The position numbers were made by a program, and so were the translations under genes. Below are positions 1 through 10,260 of a stretch of DNA of 64,000 nucleotides, one piece after another (the first letter of the stretch is position 1; the number at the start of each line of letters is the position of its first letter). This stretch comes from Strigamia acuminata. Its lineage: Eukaryota. The notes beneath the pieces are model-generated. The model was given only the letters and a program-made list of their open reading frames with translations, was not told the DNA's origin and did not search any database. Location of the stretch: positions 4,154,001 to 4,218,000 of the forward strand of contig OX442314.1 of NCBI GenBank assembly GCA_949358305.1, written 5' to 3'.

Positions 1-2
1 AT

Positions 3-2078
3 CGGGTTCGAGGTGGCTTTATCGTTCGCCTTTTTCGGAGGTGCGGCCTCGATTTCCCCGTTCAGGAAGCTACGCGACTGGATCAGTCTCCCTGCGTCAT
101 GATTTTTCGCATGGATACGCTGTATGCGGAGTTGCGTTTGTGTCCTCTGTTCGGGCGTCAGGGCCTCCGTATAACGATCGTCTACTTCTTCGTGATAGTC
201 ATTTACAAATTTTAGCAGCTGTTCGAAACTATCTGCTGTGGGAGCGTTCATATCTCTCAGTACTTTCTTTGAGGTGTCGTTTAACCCTTTTTCGAAAATC
301 ACGTTTTGCGCATATTCGTCGAGTGGCGTATCCAACTCGTTGAACAAACTTTTCGCTCGTCGGAAATAGGCTCGTAATTCTTCTCCTGCGGCTTGTAGCA
401 TGAGACTGACTCTCTGTCTAATTTCTTTTTGGGTCTCGCCGTACTGACTGTTGAAAGCGACGACAAACTGTTCCCAAGTTTTTAATTTTGCTTCCACATA
501 CCAGGCTCTGGCTTCCCCTACTAACATTTCGGGTAGCCCTTTTGTTACCATCTCGTCGGGTTCGGCTCCGAGTCGTGAAATGGTGAGTGCCACTTCGTCT
601 AAGAATTTATTGCCGGCCCTCCAGGTTCCGTCGAATCTCATCAGTCGCAACTGTGACCATTTTATGTTTCGGTCCTTTTGTTCTAAGGCCCATTGATCGG
701 CGGAATATTTTCGAAGAAGGCTCTCGTTTTGTCTTGGGCGATTTCTCAGATTTCGATTTTGGTTGACCTGGGAGTCGGCGCGTGCTCGTTCCTCGAGTGC
801 TCTTAATCTAGCTTCCATTATGGGATCGGCTTGGTATTGATTCCCACAGTTCGGGGACGTAGCTCCATTTTGTGGCGCAAATCGTTGGAAATTACCGTTG
901 GTTGAGTTCGGGTCGGTCAAGGTCGGTGTTGTCGAGTTTGGTTGCGACTCGGTCAGTTGTGTTCCGGGGGGGAAAATTCCGTTTATGGCTGTTCCATTTA
1001 GGACCCCGTTCTTCTGTCCGATCAAAATGGTCGACCCTCTCCCGCTGTAAAGTTGTGTCTTTAGTCTTGCGGCTTCTCGGTCGACTTCGTTGGCGGCTTG
1101 TATTTTAATTCTTTCCGCCTCGTTTGCTGCTTCGACGTTGGCTTGTACCGTCTGGATATCTTCGAGGCTTGGCATTGCCAACCTGTTCCGTCCTTGCTGG
1201 TTTCTGAGGTGGTTTCGCTGATTTATCAGTCTAATCATCTCTGCGTTAGGATCCTTTGGGGTTTGACTGGTGTGGCCAGCTCTCGTAGCAAAGGATTGGG
1301 CGATTGCCCACGACTGTTGACCCTTATTATTTCGACGGTCCTGCTGGAAGGCTTCCAGGAATTCGTTCTGGATTTCGACTGGCTCGTCCACTATACTATC
1401 CCATCCTTGAACGTTGATTCCTTTCGAGCTGAGGGAATCGGCCTCGCTTTCGTCGTCGGCGTCGGATGTTCGGGTGGAATCATAGGAGTCCGTCGTTTGG
1501 TTATTCGTTTTTTGACGTTTTACGTTTTTTCGACCTCTTCTAAGGGCTCGTTTTTCCGCTCGCTTTTTGGCAAGACGAATGATCATGTTCATCTGTGCTA
1601 GCGGGTCCCCTTCTTCGTTGTAAGGGATTCCCTCCAGTCGAGCGAGTTCGTACGCTTCTTTACAGCTATCGATCTGGGATTTCTTCGAATTATAACCGTG
1701 TGTGATCGTGACACGATTACTCTGGCGATTATCCCGATTGTCGAATAGGTTATACCCGTTCTGACTTTGTCCGGATTCTTCCTCCTCTTCTTCGACTTCT
1801 TCTTCGATTCGCTGATTTATCGGCGTTTTATTGGTTGGGTTTTTGCTAGCGGGTACTTTACTAGCCGGCGTTTTTCCGGTCGGCACATTCTCGGGTGGTT
1901 TTTCCGCGTGGTTTTCGTTGACTGGTGTCTTTCCAGTCGCCTTTTCCCTCGTCGGCTCCGGTGGCTGCTTTTCTAACGCTGGACTAGCTAATGTTTCGGC
2001 CCTTGCCTTGGCGGATTCCATGGCTTTTCTTCGGGCGCTTGCGGTTGAAGGGTTTCGATTTTTCCCGCTTTTCGTCAT
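3..2078 (-). CDS. gag: Gag polyprotein of copy A1 (5' part, runs off window)
   Basis: ATG at 2078 (MTKSGKNRNPSTASARRKAME...); capsid-like block FDGTWRAGNKFLDEVALTISRLGAEPDEM..GEARAWY aligns with A2 Gag; the track lists no stop-terminated minus ORF here, consistent with one frame open to the edge. Confidence 0.82.
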   Translation of the reverse strand, partial: MTKSGKNRNPSTASARRKAMESAKARAETLASPALEKQPPEPTREKATGKTPVNENHAEKPPENVPTGKTPASKVPASKNPTNKTPINQRIEEEVEEEEEESGQSQNGYNLFDNRDNRQSNRVTITHGYNSKKSQIDSCKEAYELARLEGIPYNEEGDPLAQMNMIIRLAKKRAEKRALRRGRKNVKRQKTNNQTTDSYDSTRTSDADDESEADSLSSKGINVQGWDSIVDEPVEIQNEFLEAFQQDRRNNKGQQSWAIAQSFATRAGHTSQTPKDPNAEMIRLINQRNHLRNQQGRNRLAMPSLEDIQTVQANVEAANEAERIKIQAANEVDREAARLKTQLYSGRGSTILIGQKNGVLNGTAINGIFPPGTQLTESQPNSTTPTLTDPNSTNGNFQRFAPQNGATSPNCGNQYQADPIMEARLRALEERARADSQVNQNRNLRNRPRQNESLLRKYSADQWALEQKDRNIKWSQLRLMRFDGTWRAGNKFLDEVALTISRLGAEPDEMVTKGLPEMLVGEARAWYVEAKLKTWEQFVVAFNSQYGETQKEIRQRVSLMLQAAGEELRAYFRRAKSLFNELDTPLDEYAQNVIFEKGLNDTSKKVLRDMNAPTADSFEQLLKFVNDYHEEVDDRYTEALTPEQRTQTQLRIQRIHAKNHDAGRLIQSRSFLNGEIEAAPPKKANDKATSNP

Positions 2079-2144
2079 TTCGATAGTTTGCAAAGTTCAA
2101 ACCGTAAGATATGTTTATTTAAAATAGTTTGAATGTTCAAAACT

Positions 2145-2162
2145 ATCCCGGACGGGCCCCCA
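2145..2162 (-). promoter_or_regulatory. Primer-binding site (tRNA-Pro) of A1
   Basis: Minus strand TGGGGGCCCGTCCGGGAT, 2 nt after LTR end; near-complement of the tRNA-Pro 3' end (TGGGGGCTCGTCCGGGAT). Confidence 0.85.
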
Positions 2163-2164
2163 CG

Positions 2165-2774
2165 TGTCGTAACCTTGATTCCGGTAAATAAACTTACACA
2201 ATATCTTACTAATAACACCCTTTATTTCACACTTGTAATAATACAATAATGATACTTAACAATGTGGTCTCGGATCCTTGCTGGCGGATACGATTTGTTG
2301 CTGCACGGCAGTCTTACACGTGGCTTCTACTGTTGTCTAGGGTAATGGCGTCTGGCGAAACACGTGTTCGCAAACGCTTCGCTTCGGGAGATATTACGAT
2401 CGTAGTATTGCTACGATAATATCTGTGACTCTGATTTATAGATGTAATTGGCAACGGGCATCGATCCTCTATCAATCCGGTAAAACGGCCTGACGGTGAG
2501 GTGGTGATGCTAATGTTGCTCTGGTATCTATAAAGTGGGGGGTTTCCGGTCAGACACGGGTTTAAATACTGGCTGGACCGGAAATGACGTATTTGCCTAA
2601 ATTCGGAGAATTATGCAAATTCATGACGTTGTCACGTCAGTCCCGCAGAAACGGTAAAACTAGTATAGCTAGTTTTCCCGTAATGATCTGACAATATTTT
2701 ATTATGAATACTAAAATCATTATTTATTGAATTATAAATTATTAAAACACTTTTGTGACCTCGTGGTCACCACA
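2165..2774 (-). repeat. 5' LTR of A1 (610 bp)
   Basis: TG...CA termini; matches the other two family A LTRs. Confidence 0.93.
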
Positions 2775-3242
2775 AGGTCTCCTCCATTTTCATTCCATTT
2801 ACATTTTTAACCAAACCTAAAAATAGCAGAAATTGTGATTTCACAACATGTTTACTTTGTGTTTTTAAAAAACAAACAGACCAGTCAGAATACAAATAAC
2901 AGATCCAATACTTGAAAATAATTTTAGCAAAACTATTCTCATTTGTTCAATCACTTCTCTGACATTTTTTGAAATAAAGTACATATTGCGTGCAGTACTA
3001 TGTAGCGATCTAACGTTGCCCCCAACTGCCGGTGGTGTTCTGTGCAATTACAGCGTTTCTGAGGATTTGTCTTCATTTGAATTTTGAAATATATTTTTTG
3101 CATTGCTTTAGCTTCTTTTTCAGCAATAATATTAGCATCATTACAGGTAAATTCATGCAATTTTTTCAACTAGACCTCAAAGTAGAAAAAACTTGACAAC
3201 CAACCACAAATATTCCCAATTTACACCATTTTTTCTATTTAG

Positions 3243-3937
3243 CGAGCAAATCTAGAAGAAAACAGATGTAAACGACCCTGGATCATCACAATGGGACATC
3301 GTCCCATGTATTGTTCCAACAACAATTCGGATGACTGCATAAAACAAGATGGCGTCGTAAATATTGATCGATGTAGTTAAATGATTCAATTTTCAATTTA
3401 TATGTTTCCAGATTCGTACGGGCTTACCTCAGATCCGAGAGTACGCATTGGAGCAGATTTTCTACAAATATGGAGTCGATTTGCAGTTGTGGGCGCACGA
3501 GAATTCGTAGGAGAGATTTTGGCCCGTGTTCAACATGACTGTACAAAATGGCAGCTACGAAGCGCCGTCTGATAATCCGGAAGCGCCCGTCCATGTTATT
3601 AGTGGCGCTGCGGTAAAATAATTAATTTTTATGTAACTTTTAATATAAATTTGATTTTTTTAAAAATATTTTGTTGGTTTTTGGGTTCAATTTGTCAACG
3701 AAACGGATTTAAATCTGATGAAAAGGACTAGAGCGCTTTTAGAAGCGAGGATTATGGTACACGCGGTTGTTTGTGATCGATGCTAAGAATTTGTTTTGGG
3801 AACAGATATCGAATGATAAAGTATTATTAATTTTTTTTTATTTTTTAAATTTTTAAATTTTTTTGCTTTTTTAGAATGGAGCAATAAATGATCGAGTTAT
3901 GATGCGCATATGGTTACAGACCAGTTTGGATGACTAA
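3243..3937 (+). pseudogene. ACP7: Purple acid phosphatase (ACP7/PAPL-like) pseudogene, C-terminal exons
   Basis: Spliced reading RPWIITMGHRPMYCSN...LEQIFYKYGVDLQLWAHENS*ERFWPVFN...PVHVISGAA...SAFRSEDYG..TRL..EQISNDK; in-frame TAG at 3508-3510, metal-ligand HEH changed to HEN, further stop and frameshift around 3730-3760. Confidence 0.85.
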
Positions 3938-4209
3938 ATAACTTTAAAATAAAAAAAAGAATGTTTTGTACCTTGTACTTTGCTAATAAAGCGTTTTTTA
4001 TTTATTTTTTAAATGAAAACATTGGTTATAGTGTTTGGGAGTTTGAATTTCCTGCTGAATTTTGTTTGGCGCACCGACTGGTGGCGATTTTGAACATAGA
4101 ACCATAAAGCGTTGTAATCAAGGCTATATGTTTATCGTATCATTCGTACTCTAACATTTAAAATACGGGCTACTTTTCAGACGATTTTTGGTCATGAATT
4201 AATTGCAAA

Positions 4210-7200
4210 ATGAATCGAACCAACACACGAGAATTTGAGCTTAAGCTGGAACAGCAACAACAGCTAATTTCTAGGTACGAAGACAAATTACGAGGTACTA
4301 TCAAAATACTGTATTCATTATTTGATTGAACACTAAATTCTATTTTTTTGACTGTTTTAGATGTCGTAAGCGCGTACAAAAGTTTACAAAAAGAAAAGAA
4401 TGCGTTGGAAGAAACTGTCAAGAGTTTGAGCACCGACGGAAACAAACCACCTCAACCGAATGAATCGCAACAGGAATTCGTCGATCCGTTGCAAATAAAT
4501 GTAATAATAATTGTTTCATTGAATAATTTAAAACTTTTAATTTAAATTTCTGAAATTTATTTTGCAAGACATTTTCGGCAGAAGGAGGAGGAGGGAATGA
4601 CAAAGTGGGGGCGTTAACCAAAGCGTTGGCGACCATCACGGATGAAAAATCCAAGATGGAGGCGAATTTCCAAGCGGACAAGAAGAAGATTAATCTGGAG
4701 AAAGATGAATTAAAACGAGAGAATTTGAAATTGAAGACGAAGGAAAAGCAATTGAGCAATGACATTGAACAGGTGAATTGTAATTGACGCAAATTTAACT
4801 TCAATTAATCAGTTTTGTTTATTTTTTGTTCAGTATAAACAACGATTACGGAGTTTGCAATTGGAGCGTGAGAAGGCAGAAAGTGACCAGCAAATTATGT
4901 TGCGAGAGTTACAAAGCATCGTGTCGAGCGAGCGCCAGCAGAAAGAGCAACTTGCACTACAAGTTGAATCATGAATTATGTATTAAAAAATGGTTTTAAG
5001 ACTAATTTTTGCGCAGTTGGAAGAGGCGCAGATGACGATCGCGATAAAGGAGAGTCAGCTGGATCGATCGAAGCAGTACGAGAAGAGAATTAAGAGATTG
5101 ACGGAAGAGTTGAAATCGGTTGAAGGAAAACTAAAAATTGCGCAGGAAAATGCCGCTAAGCCTTCCGCGATAGAGCGCAAGCTCCAGTACGAACTGGCAA
5201 AAGCAGAGGTGAAAAATGAAAAATTTTAAAATGAAAAATTTTAAAAATAAAAAATTTTAAAAATAAAAAATTTTAAAATTAGAAAATTTTTTTCTTGGTT
5301 TTGTAGGGAGAACATAGATTGTCGGTCGTGCAGGAGCAACAAAATGCGAAAGAGACGGAGGAAAGATTGAAACAACAAGTGAAAATGAGCGCAAAACAGA
5401 TCGACGGATTAGAAACGAGATTGGCTGATTTGAGTGAAATGCTCGGCGATTACGATCGACGAAAGCAGCAGGATTTAGGAACAGTCGAACGACTAAAAGT
5501 ATGTATTATTGAAATTTAGCTGACCAGATTTTATCTTATTTTTTATTTCTTAGGAAAAGAACTGTCAATTGGAAATTGAGAATGCGGCACTGGCCAAAGC
5601 AGTCACTTGCGTCCAAGAGAAGGAATCGAGCTCCGATGTGCGCCAACTGAAAATGAACAAAGCGAAAATAAACAAACACGACTATGATGGTGAAATTGTT
5701 AAATTGAATTTACTTTTGATCAAATTTAGTCGAAATTTGCAACTTTTTGCTTAAATTTAGTCAAAATTTGCTAATTTTTGATCACATTTAGTCAAAATTG
5801 GCTATTTTTGGATCAAATTTAGTCAAAATTGGCTACTTTTTGATCCAATTTAGTCAAAATTTGCTAATTTTTGATCACATTTAGTCAAAATTGGCTATTT
5901 TTGGATCAAATTTAGTCAAAATTGGCTACTTTTTGATCAAATTTAATCAAAATTTGCTAATTTTTTATCAAATTTAGTCAAAATTTGCTAATTTTTGATC
6001 AAATTTAGTCAAAATTTGTTAATGTGTATAAATAAAAATGTATGACCGAATTTATTTCTACGGGATTTATTTCCCCGGGATTTATTTCCCCGGGATTTAT
6101 TTCCACGGGATTTATTTCTCCGGGATTTATTTCCCCGGGATTTATTTCCCCGGGATTTATTTCCCCGGGATTTATTTCCCCGGGATTTATTTCCCCGGGA
6201 TTTATTTCCCCGGGATTTATTTCCCCGGGATTTATTTCCCCGGGATTTATTTCCCCGGGATTTATTTCCCCGGGATTTATTTCCCCGGGATTTATTTAAG
6301 AGAGATGAGCCACAGCAACGCGTGGCCGGGCACAGCTAGTTTTTGATAAAAATCCATGCAAATTCCCTATTTTTAGATAAAAATCTATGGAAATTTCCTA
6401 ATTTTAGATACATATCCATGGAAATTTCCTAATATCAGATAAAAATCCACGGAAATTTCTTAATTTTTGATAACTATTCTTTAAATCAAACTAAATGTAA
6501 ATTAACCCTTTCAAATCAATGTTCGCAGATTCAAATCGGTGGCTCGAAGTCGACCACAGCCACTGTCATTCAAAGTTAGAAGAATTACAAAACGAGTTTG
6601 ACCTCTACAAACGAACATCCCACCTAACCGCTAGAAAGACCAACACTGAGAAGAACAACGACGTCAAAGACGAAGAAATGTTGCGTCACCAAGTGCGCGA
6701 CTTAAAAGAACAAGTGAACAACCTCTGCTCGGATTTGGCGGAGAACGAGCAACGACACCGCGCCACCGTCGACTCGTTGCGCTCATCTCTCGACGAGAGC
6801 GACTCCAAACAAAAACACCAACTTGCCTCCACCAAAAGCGAATGGCAGACCAAACTCAGCTGGCTCGAACAGCAACTGCAGCAGCAGCGCGAGCGATCCT
6901 TCGCATTACTCGAAGAAAAAGAAAACGAAATCGAATTGCTCAAAGTGCAGCTGGGCATCGGACACCGGCAACGCAGATCGAGCAGACACGACGAGGCCGA
7001 CCAGAGCGTCCAATTACTCGGAGTGGCCGTCGAACTTTGCAAATTGACCGCGTCGGACAAGAAGGAAGCGCAGTTTCTGCATTACGCGCAAGAACTGGCG
7101 CGGAAGGACGTGGAGATCGCGAATCTGCGCAAGGCCAAGCACCGATTGGAAACGAGCATGCGCGAAATCGACGCGAACAATTCGAGCACGGAGGAGAGTT

Positions 7201-7424
7201 TGCGCAAACAGTTGGAAGACGCTAATGAGGAAACGATGCGACTGACGCGCAATCGCAGCCGAGAAGGCGCCAATTTGGAGTATTTGAAGAACGTTGTGTT
7301 GAGTTACATGCTCAGTTCGAGCGCCACCAGCAGGCAACACATGCTCAATGCCATTGCCACGGTGCTCAAATTCACACCTGCCGAGTTACAAAGTGTCAAA
7401 ACGTACAATTCCACGTGGTGGTAG
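4210..7424 (+). CDS. GCC1: GRIP and coiled-coil domain-containing protein 1 (GCC88-like golgin), 8 exons, ~657 aa
   Basis: Exons 4210-4294, 4361-4500, 4569-4772, 4834-4962, 5017-5208, 5307-5498, 5554-5689, 6529-7424 join in frame via GT-AG introns; N-terminal RDVVSAYKSLQKEKNALE and C-terminal GRIP domain ANLEYLKNVVLSYM...LNAIATVLKFTPAE. Confidence 0.9.
5715..6020. repeat. ~30-bp minisatellite in GCC1 intron 7
   Basis: About 10 units of TTTTGATCAAATTTAGTCAAAATTGGCTAC-like sequence. Confidence 0.9.
6022..6339 (+). mobile_element. Short non-autonomous Helitron-like element containing a 15-bp tandem array
   Basis: (CCGGGATTTATTTCC)n about 6046-6297, then subterminal hairpin GCCAC-AGCAACGC-GTGGC and terminal CTAG followed by T, the Helitron 3' signature; 5' TC end not clear. 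Confidence 0.65.
6341..6472. repeat. ~31-bp degenerate tandem repeat
   Basis: About 4 units of TTTTAGATAAAAATCCATGGAAATTTCCTAA. Confidence 0.75.
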
Positions 7425-7695
7425 TTTTCAAAGTACAATAAAAATTAACTACACTTGGTATTATTATATTAAAACATTTTGCTCAGTAACCCTAGCAAAA
7501 CGCGGATCATTTTTGGCCCCAACAAAGATGGCTGACACAGCACATGGATGTGTATAATAAGCGTCCAATTTCATTCAATTAGTTTTGTATTTGTTTTAAA
7601 TCTAATTTCAGTTATTTTGTTAATTTTGGATCAAATAATGTGGAAAGTTCAAATTTTGTCGCAATTTGTGATCAAATTTTGTTGAATTTTTACTA

Positions 7696-7840
7696 TTTTT
7701 GAACAAATTTGACCATTTTTGAACAAATTTGACCATTTTTGAACAAATTTGACCATTTTTGAACAAATTTGACCATTTTTGAACAAATTTGACCATTTTT
7801 GAACAAATTTGATAATTTTTAAACAAATTTGACCATTTTT
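7696..7840. repeat. 20-bp minisatellite
   Basis: About 7 units of GAACAAATTTGACCATTTTT. Confidence 0.9.
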
Positions 7841-8071
7841 ATAATTTTTAATCAAACTTCACGGAAATTTGGCAGTTTGGATAAAATCTAATGGAAATTT
7901 GAGTAATTCGAGTAATTCGACAATTTTAGATAAAATTTTGTAAAAATTCTGATTTAATCGCTACAAATCCGTCCCCTCATAAAAAAAGTAAACATGAACC
8001 CAATTTCCTTAAATAACAACATTCGTTAATAATTTATTTTTCCAATATTTATTTATTTATTTCAAATTCCA

Positions 8072-8376
8072 TCAATCGTACATGGATTCAATTTCGTCCC
8101 TTGGAAAATCACGAAAAACATCGGCCAACATGTGTTTCGGTATCTCTGAAGCGTACACTTGAATGGTGTAACACGCCGTCTCCACTTTGGCCAGCGACTG
8201 CTTGAGCGTGCTCAACTTGCGCGTGATTTCTCGCGGACCTTGGTTGCCCACGTCGACAAAACCGTCGTAAATATTGCGCAGAAAGCCGCACAATTCGAAT
8301 GGCATCTTCACTTGATCCACGCTCCCGATCGCGCTGATGCACTTGCGCATCAATTCGCCCGTCAGATCGGCAATGC
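8072..8376 (-). pseudogene. TSNAX: Translin-associated factor X (TRAX) terminal exon; upstream exons not found
   Basis: [14 protein letters not shown]...[35 protein letters not shown] matches TRAX C-terminus; TTTTAG acceptor at 8377; conserved RGSE changed to YASE. Confidence 0.8.
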
Positions 8377-9186
8377 CTAAAATGTGTAGCAGAAGAGTGC
8401 GCATTCGTAGTCAGGACATGTTTTAAGCCTGAAAAATGCAGAGAAATGCTGTAAATATTCTGAAAAATTTAACAAAATGTGTACAATTTCGAAAAAATGC
8501 AGAAAAAGCGCAATACAATGCAGAAAAACTTAAAATAAAGCAAATAAATCATTAAAATGCAACCAAACGCATCAAATCCGCAAAAATAAGCAAAACATTG
8601 CAATAAAATGCAGTAAACTTATCAAAATGGAGAAAAACAGCAACAAAATTCCAAAAATTCGCAAAAAGAAAAGAAAGTTAAAACATTTGTATCATCCTGT
8701 TGTGTCCACTGCAACACCATTATGTTGTTTACGAAAGAAAAGAGTTTGAGAGCAAACTCAAGTTTAACATCCGTACTAAGACATGCTTCTCGAAAACTCT
8801 GTCGTCTTATTGTTATATTGTTTATCATTTCATTACAATATAATTTCGTGTCACATTAAGTAACTGTTTCAAAGCACGTTCTCGCATTATTAATATGAAG
8901 TACAATTTGAAAACTAAGCCTAAATACAACACATCCCTCTCACCAAGAACTAAATTCTAAAGAAAATGATAACAGCCTACACATTTAAAACTACAAATGC
9001 AAAAGGTATGAAAAAATATAATATTAATGATTAATATTATAATATTATAATATATAAATATATGTATACATATATTACATAAGTTATGTGTATACACATG
9101 TGTATCTAAGAGCGACAGACGTCAGAGCGAGACGAAAGCTGCAAACACATACGATGCGCTTTAAATAAATCAAATAATTTCATATG

Positions 9187-9441
9187 CTGCGTAAACCATT
9201 TGTACAACTCCTTGTTGGAATCATGCATGAGACCCTCACGCGAGCCCTCCTTGCACTGCGTCATAAGCGTGGTGTAATCGTCGCCCTCAAACAGACTGGG
9301 CACTTCGCCGGTTGCCAGCAACGTATTCATTCGCTCTAGAAAACTGGAGTCCATTACGTTCGACTCGTCCAACACAAAGCAAATCTTCTCGTCCTTGCAG
9401 CCGGCGCACCGCAGCATTTGCCGCAAATTATCGTCGAAGTC
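9187..9441 (-). pseudogene. DYNC1H1: Isolated cytoplasmic dynein 1 heavy chain fragment (AAA4 region)
   Basis: [66 protein letters not shown]...ELYKWFT; no other dynein sequence recognised in the window. Confidence 0.85.
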
Positions 9442-9597
9442 CCGTAAATTTGCTTCTTTGAAGTCCCTTGATGACTTCATTTCATTTTTATATGTTCCAG
9501 AAGCAGCCCTATTTAGGGTTGTATGTGTAAATGTAGATTGCTATTAAACACGACTTTACTTGATTAATTTAAAAGGAGGTTGGCAACTTACAATGCA

Positions 9598-10181
9598 TGT
9601 CGTAACCTTGATTCCGGTAAAATAAACTTACACAATATCTTACTAATAACGCCCTTTATTTCACACTTGTAATAATACAATAATGATACTTAACAATGTG
9701 GTCTCGGATCCTTGCAGTCTTACACGTGGCTTCTACTGTTGTCTAGGGTAATGGCGTCTGGCGAAACACATGTTCGCAAACGCTTCGCTTCGGGAGATAT
9801 TACAATCGTAGTATTGCTACGATAATATCTGTGACTTCTGATTTATAGATGTAATTGGCAACGGGCATCGATCCTCTATCAATCCGGTAAAACGGCCTGA
9901 CGGTGAGGTGGTGATGCTAATGTTGCTCTGGTATCTATAAAGTGGGGGTTTCCGGTTGGACACGGGTTTAAATACCAGTTGGACCGGAAATGACGTAATT
10001 GCATAAATTCGGGGAATTATGCAAATTCGTGACGTTGTCACGTCAGTCCCGCAGAAACGGTAAAACTAGTATAGCTAGTTTTCCCGCAATAATCTGACAA
10101 TCATTTTATTATAAATACTAAAATCATTATTTATTAAGTCATAACTAATTAAAACACTTTTGTGACCTCGTGGTCACCACA
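9598..10181 (-). repeat. 3' LTR of A2 (584 bp)
   Basis: Same as 27124-27735 except a 28-bp deletion and at least 2 substitutions. Confidence 0.95.
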
Positions 10182-10260
10182 CGTCCCCTCCTCAGCAATG
10201 TTGTTGGGGATTTACAATAAAACAACAAACATTGCGAAAACTCAAAGTTAAAGTTCACTT

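Larger units (their letters stand above)
1..2774 (-). mobile_element. Ty3/Gypsy LTR retrotransposon family A, copy A1 (5' part; continues off left edge)
   Basis: LTR 2165-2774 nearly identical to LTRs at 9598-10181 and 27124-27735; adjacent tRNA-Pro PBS; gag homologous to the gag of copy A2. Confidence 0.92.

Noticed and set aside
41..2127. Plus-strand ORFs over A1 gag, and similar antisense ORFs over other gag/pol/ORF3 regions
   Set aside because: Shadow ORFs opposite recognisable coding frames
6038..6346. GIYFP / GFISP repeat ORFs
   Set aside because: By-product of a stop-free 15-bp tandem repeat inside an intron
5715..7840. Tandem arrays as CRISPR-like repeats
   Set aside because: No unique spacers, no cas genes, eukaryotic context
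9106..9480. Functional 124-aa dynein-like gene
   Set aside because: Only the central ~85 aa match dynein; flanks are unrelated and no further exons were seen
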